Shown one piece after another: positions 9,368 through 19,444 of a stretch of 64,000 nt of DNA. The stretch is taken from NCBI GenBank assembly GCA_043826435.1, contig JBDRQF010000038.1:1-64000 (forward strand). Direction: 5' to 3'. Position numbers and translations under genes: made by a program. Each line of letters starts with the position of its first letter. Within the stretch, counting starts at the first letter, position 1. Below the pieces are notes generated by a model that saw only the letters and a list, made by a program, of their open reading frames with translations, did no database searches and had not been told where the DNA came from. Origin of the DNA: Elusimicrobiota bacterium. GTDB lineage: Bacteria > Elusimicrobiota > Endomicrobiia > CG1-02-37-114 > JAHJSO01.

Positions 9368-10350
9368 AGGATAATGTGAAGGGTAGAATACTTTCCGGGA
9401 TGAGGCCTACGGGGCGGCTCCACATAGGGCACTACAAGGGAGTCCTGTCAAACTGGGTGGCGCTTCAGGACAGGTACGAATGTTTCTACATGGTCGCCGA
9501 CCTGCACGCTCTTACATCTGAATACGCCGACACTTCAGCCATGCAGGAAAACATTGAGGAGATGGTTATTGACTGGCTTGCCTGCGGGCTTGACCCTGAA
9601 AAATCCGTTATTTTTCGCCAGTCGCAGATAAAACAGCACTCGGAGTTACACCTCCTTCTGTCAATGATTGTCCCGTTGGGATGGCTTACCCGGTGCCCTA
9701 CCTACAAGGAACAACTGAAGGAAATAAAAGACAGGGACATACATACTTACGGTTTTCTCGGATACCCCGTGTTGCAGGCCGCGGATATTTTGATTTACAA
9801 GGCGGACACTGTCCCCGTCGGGGAGGACCAGTTGCCTCACCTTGAACTTTCAAGGGAAATAGCCCGCAGGTTTAACAATTTTTACGGGAAGGTCCTCGTT
9901 GAGCCCGGGGCGTTACTGACGGAGTCACCGAGGGTACCCGGGACCGACGGCAGAAAGATGTCAAAATCATACGACAACGCAATATTCCTTTCGGATTCAG
10001 AACAGGAGATTGAAAAAAAGGTTATGAGCATGTTCACCGACCCGCAGAAAATCGGTCTCAATGATAAGGGGCACCCGGAGGGGTGTGTGGTTTTCGCATT
10101 CCAGCAGATGTATTCCGGCGAGATAAAACGGATAGAGGAGCAGTGCAGGGCGGGTAAGTTGGGCTGTGTGGCTGACAAGAAAGACCTTGCGAAAAAGGTT
10201 TCGGACTTTCTTTTGAAGATAAGGGAGGCCCGGGAAAAGATTTCATCAGACAAAAAGATTGTCAGGGAGATTCTGGCAGAGGGGAACAAAAAGGCGGAAG
10301 CGGTGGCAGAGAAGACAATGCAGGGAATCCGCAGGGCGATGAACCTATGA
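9364..10350 (+). CDS. trpS: Tryptophan--tRNA ligase
   Basis: SGMRPTG.LHIGH, YPVLQAADIL, GEDQ and KMSKS motifs; GTG start. Confidence 0.97.
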   Translation: MKDNVKGRILSGMRPTGRLHIGHYKGVLSNWVALQDRYECFYMVADLHALTSEYADTSAMQENIEEMVIDWLACGLDPEKSVIFRQSQIKQHSELHLLLSMIVPLGWLTRCPTYKEQLKEIKDRDIHTYGFLGYPVLQAADILIYKADTVPVGEDQLPHLELSREIARRFNNFYGKVLVEPGALLTESPRVPGTDGRKMSKSYDNAIFLSDSEQEIEKKVMSMFTDPQKIGLNDKGHPEGCVVFAFQQMYSGEIKRIEEQCRAGKLGCVADKKDLAKKVSDFLLKIREAREKISSDKKIVREILAEGNKKAEAVAEKTMQGIRRAMNL

Positions 10351-11087
10351 TGAATTCAGCACATCCCGCAACGCTTGACGTGCATCTGGAAATTTTTGAA
10401 GGCCCGCTGGACCTGCTCCTGTATTTGATAAGACGTAACGACCTGGACGTATACGACATCCCGGTATCGCAGATAACGGCCGAATACCTTGAGTACCTTG
10501 AACTTATGAAAGAACTGAACCTGGACGTGGCCGGGGAATTTCTGGTGATGGCCGCCACGCTTATGCAGATTAAATCAAGGATGCTACTTCCATCGCCGCC
10601 GGCAGGCGAAGAGCCGGAAGGCCCCGACCCGCGAGCGGAACTTGTAGCGAAGTTGCTGGAGTACCAGAAATATAAAGGTGCAGCCCGGATGCTTTCAGTC
10701 AGGGAGACGGACAACCATGGGTATTTTTACAGGTATGCCCCTGTTTTCATAGAGGAGGATTTCGTGCTTGAGGCGAACATCTTTGATTTGCTTGCCGCAT
10801 TCAAGGACGTCCTTACGCATTTACCGGCCGACGTCAAGGAAATCGTCTATGAGGAAATTCCCGTAGAGGAGAAGATAAGGGAAATCATCTCCCTGTTAGG
10901 GAAAGCCCCTGCGGACGGCCACGGCAGGAAATTCCTGAATTTCAGGGGAATAATGGAAAAGGAAAGAACCCGCCTCGGTATAATCGTTCTTTTCATCGCC
11001 ATGCTTGAACTCGTCCGCCTGAAACAAATTGTGGCGAGGCAGTCAAAAATCTTCGGAGAAATAAGGGTTTATCTCGTGCAGGATTAA
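10347..11087 (+). CDS. scpA: Segregation and condensation protein A
   Basis: FEGPLDLLLYLI, EFLVMAATL..IKSRMLLP, F.AMLEL. Confidence 0.96.
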   Translation: MMNSAHPATLDVHLEIFEGPLDLLLYLIRRNDLDVYDIPVSQITAEYLEYLELMKELNLDVAGEFLVMAATLMQIKSRMLLPSPPAGEEPEGPDPRAELVAKLLEYQKYKGAARMLSVRETDNHGYFYRYAPVFIEEDFVLEANIFDLLAAFKDVLTHLPADVKEIVYEEIPVEEKIREIISLLGKAPADGHGRKFLNFRGIMEKERTRLGIIVLFIAMLELVRLKQIVARQSKIFGEIRVYLVQD

Positions 11088-11107
11088 GCACGGACGCGGG
11101 ATTAAAA

Positions 11108-11722
11108 ATGGAAAAAAAAGACATAGGGAAAATTCTTGAGACGCTTTTTTTTATAACCGACCAGCCCGTCTCCGTTGAACAACTGAAAGATATATTTGAC
11201 GGACAGGTCAGCGAAGAGACGTTAAAAGAGGTAATCTCCTGTATTAAACAGGAATACGCAGACAGGGACTCACCCATTGAATTGAGGGAGGTCGCAGACG
11301 GGTTCCAGTTTTCCACGAAGCCCGCGTTCAGCCAGTGGGTAAGGAAATTATTCAAGGACAGGACAACGCTAAGGTTGTCGGTATCCGCGATTGAAACACT
11401 TTCAATCGTCGCTTACAAACAGCCGGTTACGCGTGCGGAGATTGAGGAGATAAGGGGGGTTGAGGTTACCGCCGTCCTTGAAACGCTCCTTGAGAGGAAA
11501 CTTATAAAAATATCAGGTAGGAAAGAGACGGTCGGCAGGCCACTCTTGTATGTCACTACGGGTGAGTTTATGAGATATTTCGGGTTGAGAGGGCTGGGCG
11601 ATTTGCCCTCGCTTGAGGAGTTCGCCGCTTCTGATACGGCGACACCGCAGCAAGAGACGCCACGGGAGCCGGAGGAGTCCGGATACAAGGAAGAACCCGG
11701 TGAAACCGAAGGTAATACCTGA
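11108..11722 (+). CDS. scpB: Segregation and condensation protein B
   Basis: ETLSIVAYKQPVTRAEIEEIRGV, GRPLLY.TT.EF. Confidence 0.96.
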   Translation: MEKKDIGKILETLFFITDQPVSVEQLKDIFDGQVSEETLKEVISCIKQEYADRDSPIELREVADGFQFSTKPAFSQWVRKLFKDRTTLRLSVSAIETLSIVAYKQPVTRAEIEEIRGVEVTAVLETLLERKLIKISGRKETVGRPLLYVTTGEFMRYFGLRGLGDLPSLEEFAASDTATPQQETPREPEESGYKEEPGETEGNT

Positions 11723-11749
11723 CGGCGGACCAGAAAAGAGGGGAATAAA

Positions 11750-12364
11750 ATGGGCATAGGAAAATTTTTTATTCGCAAGAGAAGGGACTTTATGATGATG
11801 CTGCACAACCAGTCGCTGAAGGTCAACGAGGCGATGAGGGCGCTGCATCAGTTTGTGCTTGACCCGACGAAAGAAAAATCCGAAAGGGTAATACATCTTG
11901 AAGAAGAAGCGGACGAACTTCGCAGGATTTTAATTGACGAACTGAACAAGTCCTTTGTTACGCCGATTGACAGGGAAGACATTTTCATACTCTCAAGGAC
12001 AATAGACGACATGGCTGATTATGCAAAATCAACCGTTGAAGAGATGCTGTTGTTCAACGTCCGGGTTGACAGGCACATTGAAAAGATTGCCGAGGCGATG
12101 TGTAGCGCCTCAAAGGAAATAGCTGCCGCCATAGGGTGCATGATGACCCACCACGGGGTGTGCCAGGAGCACATTGTCCGCGCGAAGAAAACCGAGAACT
12201 TCATTGAGCACAGATACAGGGAAGGGCTTGCAGAGTTATTCAAAAACCCGGATATCATTACAATTTTCAAGACGCGCGAGATTTACAGGCACCTTTCAAA
12301 CGCAGCCGACAAGGCGGACGAGGCCGCAGACATTATCGGCGATATTGTTGTAAAAAAGTCATAG
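11750..12364 (+). CDS. DUF47 (PhoU-like) phosphate transport regulator family
   Basis: LEEEAD..RR....L..SFVTPIDREDI..L....DD. Confidence 0.85.
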   Translation: MGIGKFFIRKRRDFMMMLHNQSLKVNEAMRALHQFVLDPTKEKSERVIHLEEEADELRRILIDELNKSFVTPIDREDIFILSRTIDDMADYAKSTVEEMLLFNVRVDRHIEKIAEAMCSASKEIAAAIGCMMTHHGVCQEHIVRAKKTENFIEHRYREGLAELFKNPDIITIFKTREIYRHLSNAADKADEAADIIGDIVVKKS

Positions 12365-12405
12365 TAAAAACGTCATAAGTTCCGTAAAACAAGGAGAATA
12401 TATCT

Positions 12406-13404
12406 ATGCGAGAACTCAGAAGGGATCCCGTGATAGGCAGGTGGGTGATTATATCCTACGAGAGAGGCAAAAGGCCTTCGGTTGAATACGAGAAAGAACC
12501 CGAGAACGATTCGTCAAAGACCTGCCCTTTTTGCCCGGGCAATGAGCACCTGACGTCGTCTGAAATTATCGCTTACAGGCAGGCGGGGACGCAGAAAGAC
12601 AAACCGGGCTGGTGGGTAAGGGTTATCTCGAACAAGTACCCGGTACTCGGAATTGAGGGCAGCATTAAGAGGTATGGCGAGGGGATGTATGATAGGATGG
12701 ACGGTATAGGCGCTCACGAGGTTATAATTGAAACCGCCGAGCATAAAAAGGAACTGCCTGATTTGGACGACAAGAGGGCTGAGGACATAATATGGGCTTA
12801 CAGGGACAGGATGGTTGACTTAAAAAAGGACATGCGGTTTGAATATATCCTCATATTCAAGAACCGCGGCAAGGCGGCAGGCGCCACTCTTGTCCACCCG
12901 CACTCCCAGCTGATAGCCCTGCCGATGGTTCCTGTCAGGGTCAAGCAGGAGCAGTCGGGTGCGAAGAGTTATTTTGATTACAAGGAAAGGTGCGTCTTTT
13001 GCGACATCATTGTTCAGGAACTTTCCAGCCCGGAGAGGGTCGTGTCCGAGAACGATGATTTTGTGGCCTTCTGTCCTTTTGCTTCAAGGTTCCCTTTTGA
13101 AATGTGGGTTATGCCGAAAAAACACGACTCCCAGTTTGACGATATCCAGAAACCGGAGGTGTCTTCCCTAACGCAGATATTAAAGATGGTCCTTTCAAAG
13201 TTGAACCGACTTCTTGGCAACCCGCCCTACAACTATTTACTCCACACGAGCCCGTTGAGGGTGTCAAAAGTGCCTTATTACCACTGGCATATTGAGATAA
13301 TGCCGAAACTTACAAAGGTGGCGGGCTTTGAGTGGGGCACGGGTTTTTATGTGAATCCTACTTCACCCGAGGAAGCAGCGAAGTTTTTGAGAGAGGTAGA
13401 ATAG
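12406..13404 (+). CDS. galT: GalT-family hexose-1-phosphate nucleotidyltransferase
   Basis: ELRRDP, CPFCPGNE, HEVIIE, HPHSQ active site, YHWHIEI.P. Confidence 0.9.
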   Translation: MRELRRDPVIGRWVIISYERGKRPSVEYEKEPENDSSKTCPFCPGNEHLTSSEIIAYRQAGTQKDKPGWWVRVISNKYPVLGIEGSIKRYGEGMYDRMDGIGAHEVIIETAEHKKELPDLDDKRAEDIIWAYRDRMVDLKKDMRFEYILIFKNRGKAAGATLVHPHSQLIALPMVPVRVKQEQSGAKSYFDYKERCVFCDIIVQELSSPERVVSENDDFVAFCPFASRFPFEMWVMPKKHDSQFDDIQKPEVSSLTQILKMVLSKLNRLLGNPPYNYLLHTSPLRVSKVPYYHWHIEIMPKLTKVAGFEWGTGFYVNPTSPEEAAKFLREVE

Positions 13405-13406
13405 CA

Positions 13407-14855
13407 ATGAAAATTGCAATTACGTCTTTTGAATGCGTCCCCTTTGTTAAAGTGGGGGGACTGGCTGATGTGGCGGGGACACTGCCCGGGTTCATAAAAA
13501 AGAAGGGGATAGACGTCCGGCTGTTCTTACCCCTGCATAAAAAGATTGACAGGAAAAAACACCGCATTAAGCCGATGAAACAGAAACTCCTTGTCCCGGT
13601 GGGAGACCATCTGGAGGAGGGGTACGTCTGGCAGGCGAAACTGCACGGCAGCATCCCCGTGTATTTTATTGAAAACGAGAAATATTTCGGCAGGGACGAC
13701 ATATACAGGACGTCAACCGGAGACCACCCCGACAACCCGTTCAGGTTTGTGTTTTTCAGCAGGGCGGTGCTTGAGTGCTGTAAGTCGGTTGATTTTAAAT
13801 CGGACGTTATCCACTGCAACGACATGCAGACGGGACTGATCCCGGCATATCTTAAAACCCTTTACAGGGTAGACGCATTCTTCAGCAGGGCAGCCACCGT
13901 CTATACGATACATAACATCGCTTATCAGGGGATTTATCCTGTTGATGTGTATCCCGTGGCAGGGTTCGGGTGGGAGGATTTCACGCCGGCGAAGTTTGAG
14001 TATTTCGGCCAGATGAATTTCATGAAAGCAGGGATTGTTTATTCCGATAAGATTACGACCGTCAGCCCTACTTATGCAAACGAGATAAGGACCACGAACC
14101 ATCACGGCAGGGGGCTTGAAGGCGTGCTGGCCGGCCGGCAGAAAGACCTTACCGGAGTCATTAACGGAATTGATTATAAAGAGTGGGACCCATCCGCGGA
14201 CGCGGGTATCAAAGCCCGTTACTCCGTTTCGGGCAGGGAAGGAAAGGGTGAGTGCAAAAGAGACCTGCAGGAAACCCTGAATTTACCCGTGTCCGAAGTT
14301 GCAGTCCTCGCCATGGTCTCCCGTCTGGATTGTCTGAAAGGCATTGATATCCTGTGTGAAATTTCAGAGAAGTTGCTGCAGTTGCCTGTCCAGCTGGTTA
14401 TTCTCGGCACGGGGGACAAGGCCTATCACGATTTACTGACGGTCATTTCAAAAAAATACCCGAAAAAATTCTCGTTGAATTTAAGATTTGACAACCCCCT
14501 TGCCCACAAAATATACGCGGGCAGCGACGTGTTCCTTATGCCCTCTATGACTGAGCCGTGCGGGCTCGGCCAGATGATAGCAATGAGGTACGGGACAATC
14601 CCCGTCGTTCACAGGACGGGAGGGCTTGCTGATTCTGTTGCAGAATTTGACCCGTCGACGAAGAAGGGGACGGGGTTTCTTTTCAGCGATTACAAGGGTG
14701 TGTCCCTGTATGGGGCAATAAAGAAGGCCCTGGATATTTTCAGGAATAACGAAGAGTGGCCGTCGCTCGTTAACAACGCAATGAAACATGACTTCTCGTG
14801 GGATAAACCGGTAAAGGAGTATGTTAAGGTTTACAGGAGCGCAATAAAAAAATAA
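13407..14855 (+). CDS. glgA: Glycogen synthase
   Basis: KVGGLADV, HCND.QT, TIHNIAYQG, EPCGL, TGGLAD. Confidence 0.95.
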   Translation: MKIAITSFECVPFVKVGGLADVAGTLPGFIKKKGIDVRLFLPLHKKIDRKKHRIKPMKQKLLVPVGDHLEEGYVWQAKLHGSIPVYFIENEKYFGRDDIYRTSTGDHPDNPFRFVFFSRAVLECCKSVDFKSDVIHCNDMQTGLIPAYLKTLYRVDAFFSRAATVYTIHNIAYQGIYPVDVYPVAGFGWEDFTPAKFEYFGQMNFMKAGIVYSDKITTVSPTYANEIRTTNHHGRGLEGVLAGRQKDLTGVINGIDYKEWDPSADAGIKARYSVSGREGKGECKRDLQETLNLPVSEVAVLAMVSRLDCLKGIDILCEISEKLLQLPVQLVILGTGDKAYHDLLTVISKKYPKKFSLNLRFDNPLAHKIYAGSDVFLMPSMTEPCGLGQMIAMRYGTIPVVHRTGGLADSVAEFDPSTKKGTGFLFSDYKGVSLYGAIKKALDIFRNNEEWPSLVNNAMKHDFSWDKPVKEYVKVYRSAIKK

Positions 14856-16492
14856 TGTTTAAGGTAAAGAGCGCGATTATTATCATACTGCTGGCGGTCC
14901 TGCTCGTCTGGGCGGCCAGGCAGACATACAAAAGGATTAAATACGACGCCCGCAACAATGCCGTTGAGGTGTGCGTTGATTTATCCGGGGTACAGCGATA
15001 CTGCCAGAGTATGCTCTACGATACGGGTAATTTCCTTGAACGGCTCAGGACAATGGGAGTAAGTTCTATTGTAATTTCCGAAGAGACGATTGACTCGCTT
15101 GAAAGAGCGAACAAAATAGTTTATTTTTCGGGAGCGGACGTAACAAAGTACAAAATGATGGGAGTGCTCACCCCTGCCGCATCCATTTCACCGGATACCA
15201 TCGTCCTGTCTGATGCAAAATTCGCTGAATACATAAACTCTGTCTGGACGGAGAAGACGGGCAAAAAACTGCACGAGACAAGGGCGTGGGGTTACAGGTT
15301 CTATAAAGTGAACCCGGCCATGAAAGATAGCGGGTGGGGTTACCTGCCCGAAAATATTTCCCTCGCCCGGGAATATGATTTTGGGATAATATATAAACCG
15401 TACAAAAAATTCCGGGTGCCGCGCTCCCTGCCTGAAAATTTTTCAATGATACTGTTTACCGACGTCCAGACGTTTGATGCCGACCGTCTTCAGAACGTCC
15501 GGATAGGCGTTATAGAGGCGTCTCCCGAAGAGAGGGCGTTTTCGGGAGACCTTGTGCCGCTGAAAGAAAATGTTTTCAGGGTGCATACCATTGAAACGGC
15601 GGAGTTGTCCCGGCTCCCCGTCATCACGGGAAAATTTATAAACAGGTGGCTGAGGGCAGTCAGGGAGAGAAATTGCAGGGTACTTTACATAAACCTAATA
15701 GATGAATTAGGCGTTGAAGAAAACCTGAATTATGTCCGCAGTGTTTGCGCCGGGGTTAAGGACGGCGGCTATTCGCTCACCCGGACAGGGCGGCAGTCCA
15801 TAATCAACGGCGTTCCTGCATCTGCCGGTAAGTTTCTGGCGTTTTTGTTTTCAATTGCAGGGCCTGTGGCATCGCTTTACTGGCTACGGAAGAGCGGGGG
15901 CAATTACATCCTGAAGTTCTGGCTTTTTTGTCTCGCAAGCATTCTCACGGGCATTGTTGCATCGTCTTTTATTTCCCGCACCGAATTTTTTTTAAAACTG
16001 GACCAGTTCAGAGGGGTTAAACTGGCAATGATTGTCCCGTTCATTCTTTCTGTCCCCGTATTATTCAACTTAGACGAACTCAGAAAGATGCTGGATAAAA
16101 CCGTTAATTTCAAATCCCTGCTTATATTCCTCGCCGTGCTTTTTTGTCTGGCTGTCGTTATTGTCAGGAGCAACAACGTCCGGAGCATTATGGACGTTGA
16201 GGCGTTGTTAAGGGAAGGGCTTGAAACTGCGTTCATAATAAGGCCGCGTTTCAAAGAGTTCCTTTTCGGACACCCGCTGCTTCTGTTAGGGTTGGGGACG
16301 GGTTCAAAACTTTTGATACTCATAGGTTTTATCGGGCAGTTGTCAATTGTAAACACTTTTCTTCACCTGCACACTCCCGTATGGGTTTCGGTCGCCAGGG
16401 CCGTCCTGGGGGCGATAACCGGTTTCACAATTGGTTACTTAATCTTGTTCGTAGTGAAGAAATGTAAACACGGGCGCAATATATTAGGATGA
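14855..16492 (+). CDS. DUF5693-like membrane protein
   Basis: RW.RAVRERN.R, FRGVKL, RPRFKEFLFGHP and NTF.HLHTP motifs; this family is typically adjacent to csaB. Confidence 0.8.
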   Translation: MFKVKSAIIIILLAVLLVWAARQTYKRIKYDARNNAVEVCVDLSGVQRYCQSMLYDTGNFLERLRTMGVSSIVISEETIDSLERANKIVYFSGADVTKYKMMGVLTPAASISPDTIVLSDAKFAEYINSVWTEKTGKKLHETRAWGYRFYKVNPAMKDSGWGYLPENISLAREYDFGIIYKPYKKFRVPRSLPENFSMILFTDVQTFDADRLQNVRIGVIEASPEERAFSGDLVPLKENVFRVHTIETAELSRLPVITGKFINRWLRAVRERNCRVLYINLIDELGVEENLNYVRSVCAGVKDGGYSLTRTGRQSIINGVPASAGKFLAFLFSIAGPVASLYWLRKSGGNYILKFWLFCLASILTGIVASSFISRTEFFLKLDQFRGVKLAMIVPFILSVPVLFNLDELRKMLDKTVNFKSLLIFLAVLFCLAVVIVRSNNVRSIMDVEALLREGLETAFIIRPRFKEFLFGHPLLLLGLGTGSKLLILIGFIGQLSIVNTFLHLHTPVWVSVARAVLGAITGFTIGYLILFVVKKCKHGRNILG

Positions 16493-16505
16493 GAATTCGC
16501 AAATA

Positions 16506-17588
16506 ATGAAAAACGTGCTGATAGCCGGCTATTTCGGGTTTGGTAATGCGGGGGACGAACTGATACTTAACAGTATTATTGAGAACGTCCGCAAGGAAAA
16601 GGCCGGCGCAAAGATAACGGTTCTTTCAAACTCCCCGCTGGAAACGGCGCTTCTATACGGCGTTACTGCCGTCAGCAGGTGGAATTTGCCCGGGGTAGCC
16701 CGTTCAATAAAGGCGTGCGATGTTTTTATCTCTGCCGGCGGGTTATACCAGGATAAAACGGGCAACCTCAGTTTATATTACTACCTGTCTCTTATACTTA
16801 CAGCGAGGTTTTTCAGGAAAAGAATTTTCCTCTACGGCGTGGAGTTCGCGCCCATAAAACACAGTATAAATAAACTTATGATAAAATTTGTTATGGGCTT
16901 TATAGATAAAATCGGCGTCAGGTCGCAGGGTTCAATGGATTTCCTTAAAGGTATAGGCGTTGAGAAGAACGTCTTTTTAAGCGCCGACGCTTTGTTGCTC
17001 ATGGATACGCTGCCGGCCAAAAAACAGAACCCGGACAGTCCCTCAGACAAACCTCCAGACAGGCCGAGGAAAATAGCGATGATATTAAAGAAGTCCACGC
17101 CGTATCACAGGGATTTGCTGGCGCAACTGTGTTCAGCGCTTTATAACAGGTTTTCAGCAGAGATTTATTTTGTCCCGTTCCACCTGGACAGGGACGTACA
17201 TTTCTGTATTGACGTGGCGAATAAATTAAACTTTCCGACGCTGATTGAGGTTTTTAATAAACCGTCTGATTTGTTCGGGATACTGTCGGATATGGACCTC
17301 GTCGTAAGCCAGCGCCTGCACGGGCTGATACTGTCGTCGCTGTTGAAAATACCGATGTTCGGAATATCTTCCGACCCGAAATTGGGCTTCTTCTCCTCGG
17401 AGATCGACCAGAGGCACATAGTGATGGAACAGTTTGACATAATAACGGTAGTAGAGTTGATAAACGATGTGTGGAAATGGCGAAAGGAGTTTATATCCGC
17501 TCTTGAACAGAAGATTGACAAACTGAGATACAGGTCCTATCTGAATGTCACAAATCTGGTTAGCATGGCGGAATGGGAAGGTCAATGA
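16506..17588 (+). CDS. csaB: Polysaccharide pyruvyl transferase
   Basis: GYFGFGNAGDE, GGLYQD.T...SL.YY, RLHGLI, DPK. Confidence 0.88.
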   Translation: MKNVLIAGYFGFGNAGDELILNSIIENVRKEKAGAKITVLSNSPLETALLYGVTAVSRWNLPGVARSIKACDVFISAGGLYQDKTGNLSLYYYLSLILTARFFRKRIFLYGVEFAPIKHSINKLMIKFVMGFIDKIGVRSQGSMDFLKGIGVEKNVFLSADALLLMDTLPAKKQNPDSPSDKPPDRPRKIAMILKKSTPYHRDLLAQLCSALYNRFSAEIYFVPFHLDRDVHFCIDVANKLNFPTLIEVFNKPSDLFGILSDMDLVVSQRLHGLILSSLLKIPMFGISSDPKLGFFSSEIDQRHIVMEQFDIITVVELINDVWKWRKEFISALEQKIDKLRYRSYLNVTNLVSMAEWEGQ

Positions 17589-18280
17589 ATAAAAATATCT
17601 TGCGTAAGTCCTTTACGGCAGCGTCGGTTGTATTGCTTACGGGTTTTGTCGCCATTGCAAGGAATAACGTTGCCTTACAGTCGGCAAATATAAGGGACAG
17701 GTTTGATATCGCGGTTTTCCTGGAATATAACGTTACTGCCCCTGAGGTGGTCAGTGAAAAGATAAGGGCGATTGACAATGTATTCAGCGTAAAATATGTT
17801 TCAAAGGAAGATGCAAGGATCCGCGTGCAGGAACTCAGGAGTGAGATAACCATTGCCGAGGGCAACCCTTTCCCGGACAGTTTCCTAATTATTCCCGCGA
17901 GTATCTCCATGGCGGAGATAACTTATCTGAGTGGCGAAATAAAAAAGATAAAAGGTATTGAGGACGTCCAGTTTGACAGGGCTATGGTGGAAACGATTGA
18001 AGGGCTGGACTATGCAGGCGTTTTTGCAACGTCCGTCCTAACAGGGGCGCTTGTTTTGTCTGTCGTCGTTTTTTTGCTGAAGTTCCCCGGGGTAAAGGAA
18101 AGTTTTGCGCTGACGTCCGGGTTTCTGCCTGTAGGGACAATTGCGGTCCTTGCATCCGGGGTGCTCTCGCTGTTGCTGCTTGAAATCATCAGGGCGTACC
18201 TGGCAGGCGTAAATCTTGTAGGTTTCTCAATCCCCGGGATGCTGGCCGTTTTCCTCGCAGGCGTTTTTCTTTCGTTATGA
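17585..18280 (+). CDS. FtsX-like permease (divergent)
   Basis: I.VFL, V.YVSKEDA and NPFPDSF extracellular-domain motifs; TM segments; precedes an envC-like gene. Confidence 0.7.
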   Translation: MNKNILRKSFTAASVVLLTGFVAIARNNVALQSANIRDRFDIAVFLEYNVTAPEVVSEKIRAIDNVFSVKYVSKEDARIRVQELRSEITIAEGNPFPDSFLIIPASISMAEITYLSGEIKKIKGIEDVQFDRAMVETIEGLDYAGVFATSVLTGALVLSVVVFLLKFPGVKESFALTSGFLPVGTIAVLASGVLSLLLLEIIRAYLAGVNLVGFSIPGMLAVFLAGVFLSL

Positions 18281-19443
18281 AAAATATTTTTATTTTTTTA
18301 TCCTGCGTTCTTCTTATCCAGGCCGTTGTTTCAGGCGAGAGTTATGATCGCCTCATAAAGCAATATAAAAAGGAAATCAATAAAAAATCGTCGGAACTTA
18401 TCAAAAAGGAAAAGGAACTCCAGGAGAAAAAGGCGGAGCAGGACAAGTATAAAAAAGAGGAACAGCAGGTCCGCAACGAGCTCACCAGAATTCGCAGGGA
18501 ATTAGGCAACCTTTCCGCCGAGATAACAAAGATACAGTCAAAGATAAGAAGCACAATGAAGAACATAAGGCAGTCTGAGGCGGAAATAAAATCCGCGCGG
18601 ACGGAAAAATCACAGTGGCAGGATATAATGAGAAAAGAACTCGCAATGTTTTATCGAAGATACCGGACTTCGGCGGTTCTGACAGACGTTCCCTGGGAGA
18701 AAAAATATTTTTCCTATGCGATTAAAGCCAAAACGCAGATTGTAAACAACGCGGACATCCGCAGGGCGTCTGCGGAGGAGTCATATATGAGATACGAACT
18801 ATTAAAGGACGAACTCTTGGTTTTAAAAGATAGGCACACAGCGAAACAACGGGAATATAAGAATCTCCAGACGGCAAAGGCGGAACTTCTTAAATCAGCC
18901 ACGGGCAGGAGGGTTGCCGCCGAAGAAGAGGTAAAAGCCCTCAGAGAGACGGCCGGGGAACTAAAGGCGCTGCTACGTTCTCTTGAAGAAAAGAAAACCC
19001 AGACGATTGAAATGAAAAAGCAGGAGGAGTTTGCAAAAAAACACTTTGCCGAGAAAAAGAAACTCCTGCCATGGCCCGTTTCAGGCGAAGTCATTATGCA
19101 CTTCGGGAAAAACAAGCACCCGAAACTTGACACGTACGAAATCTGTAACGGCATAAAAATAAGGACTGCATCAAACCAGCAAGTGAGCGCCGTTGACGCG
19201 GGGGAGGTTGTTTATGCCCGCGAATTCAGGTCATACGGCAGGACGATAATCATTGACCACCGGGGAGACACGTACACGATATACGGACACCTGGGCGAAT
19301 TCCTGGTTGAAAAAGGCGCAAAGGTGTCTGCGGGCCAGACAATCGGCAAGCCGGGTAGCGACAACGGGTATTTATACTTTGAATTGCGTATTGACGACCA
19401 ACCGCAGGACCCGATTGCCTGGCTGAAGGAGGAGAAAAAATAA
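18277..19443 (+). CDS. envC: EnvC-like murein hydrolase activator (coiled coil plus degenerate M23)
   Basis: Signal peptide, long coiled coil, LPWPVSG, G..I, LYFELR with zinc ligands missing. Confidence 0.8.
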   Translation: MKNIFIFLSCVLLIQAVVSGESYDRLIKQYKKEINKKSSELIKKEKELQEKKAEQDKYKKEEQQVRNELTRIRRELGNLSAEITKIQSKIRSTMKNIRQSEAEIKSARTEKSQWQDIMRKELAMFYRRYRTSAVLTDVPWEKKYFSYAIKAKTQIVNNADIRRASAEESYMRYELLKDELLVLKDRHTAKQREYKNLQTAKAELLKSATGRRVAAEEEVKALRETAGELKALLRSLEEKKTQTIEMKKQEEFAKKHFAEKKKLLPWPVSGEVIMHFGKNKHPKLDTYEICNGIKIRTASNQQVSAVDAGEVVYAREFRSYGRTIIIDHRGDTYTIYGHLGEFLVEKGAKVSAGQTIGKPGSDNGYLYFELRIDDQPQDPIAWLKEEKK

Positions 19444-19444
19444 A

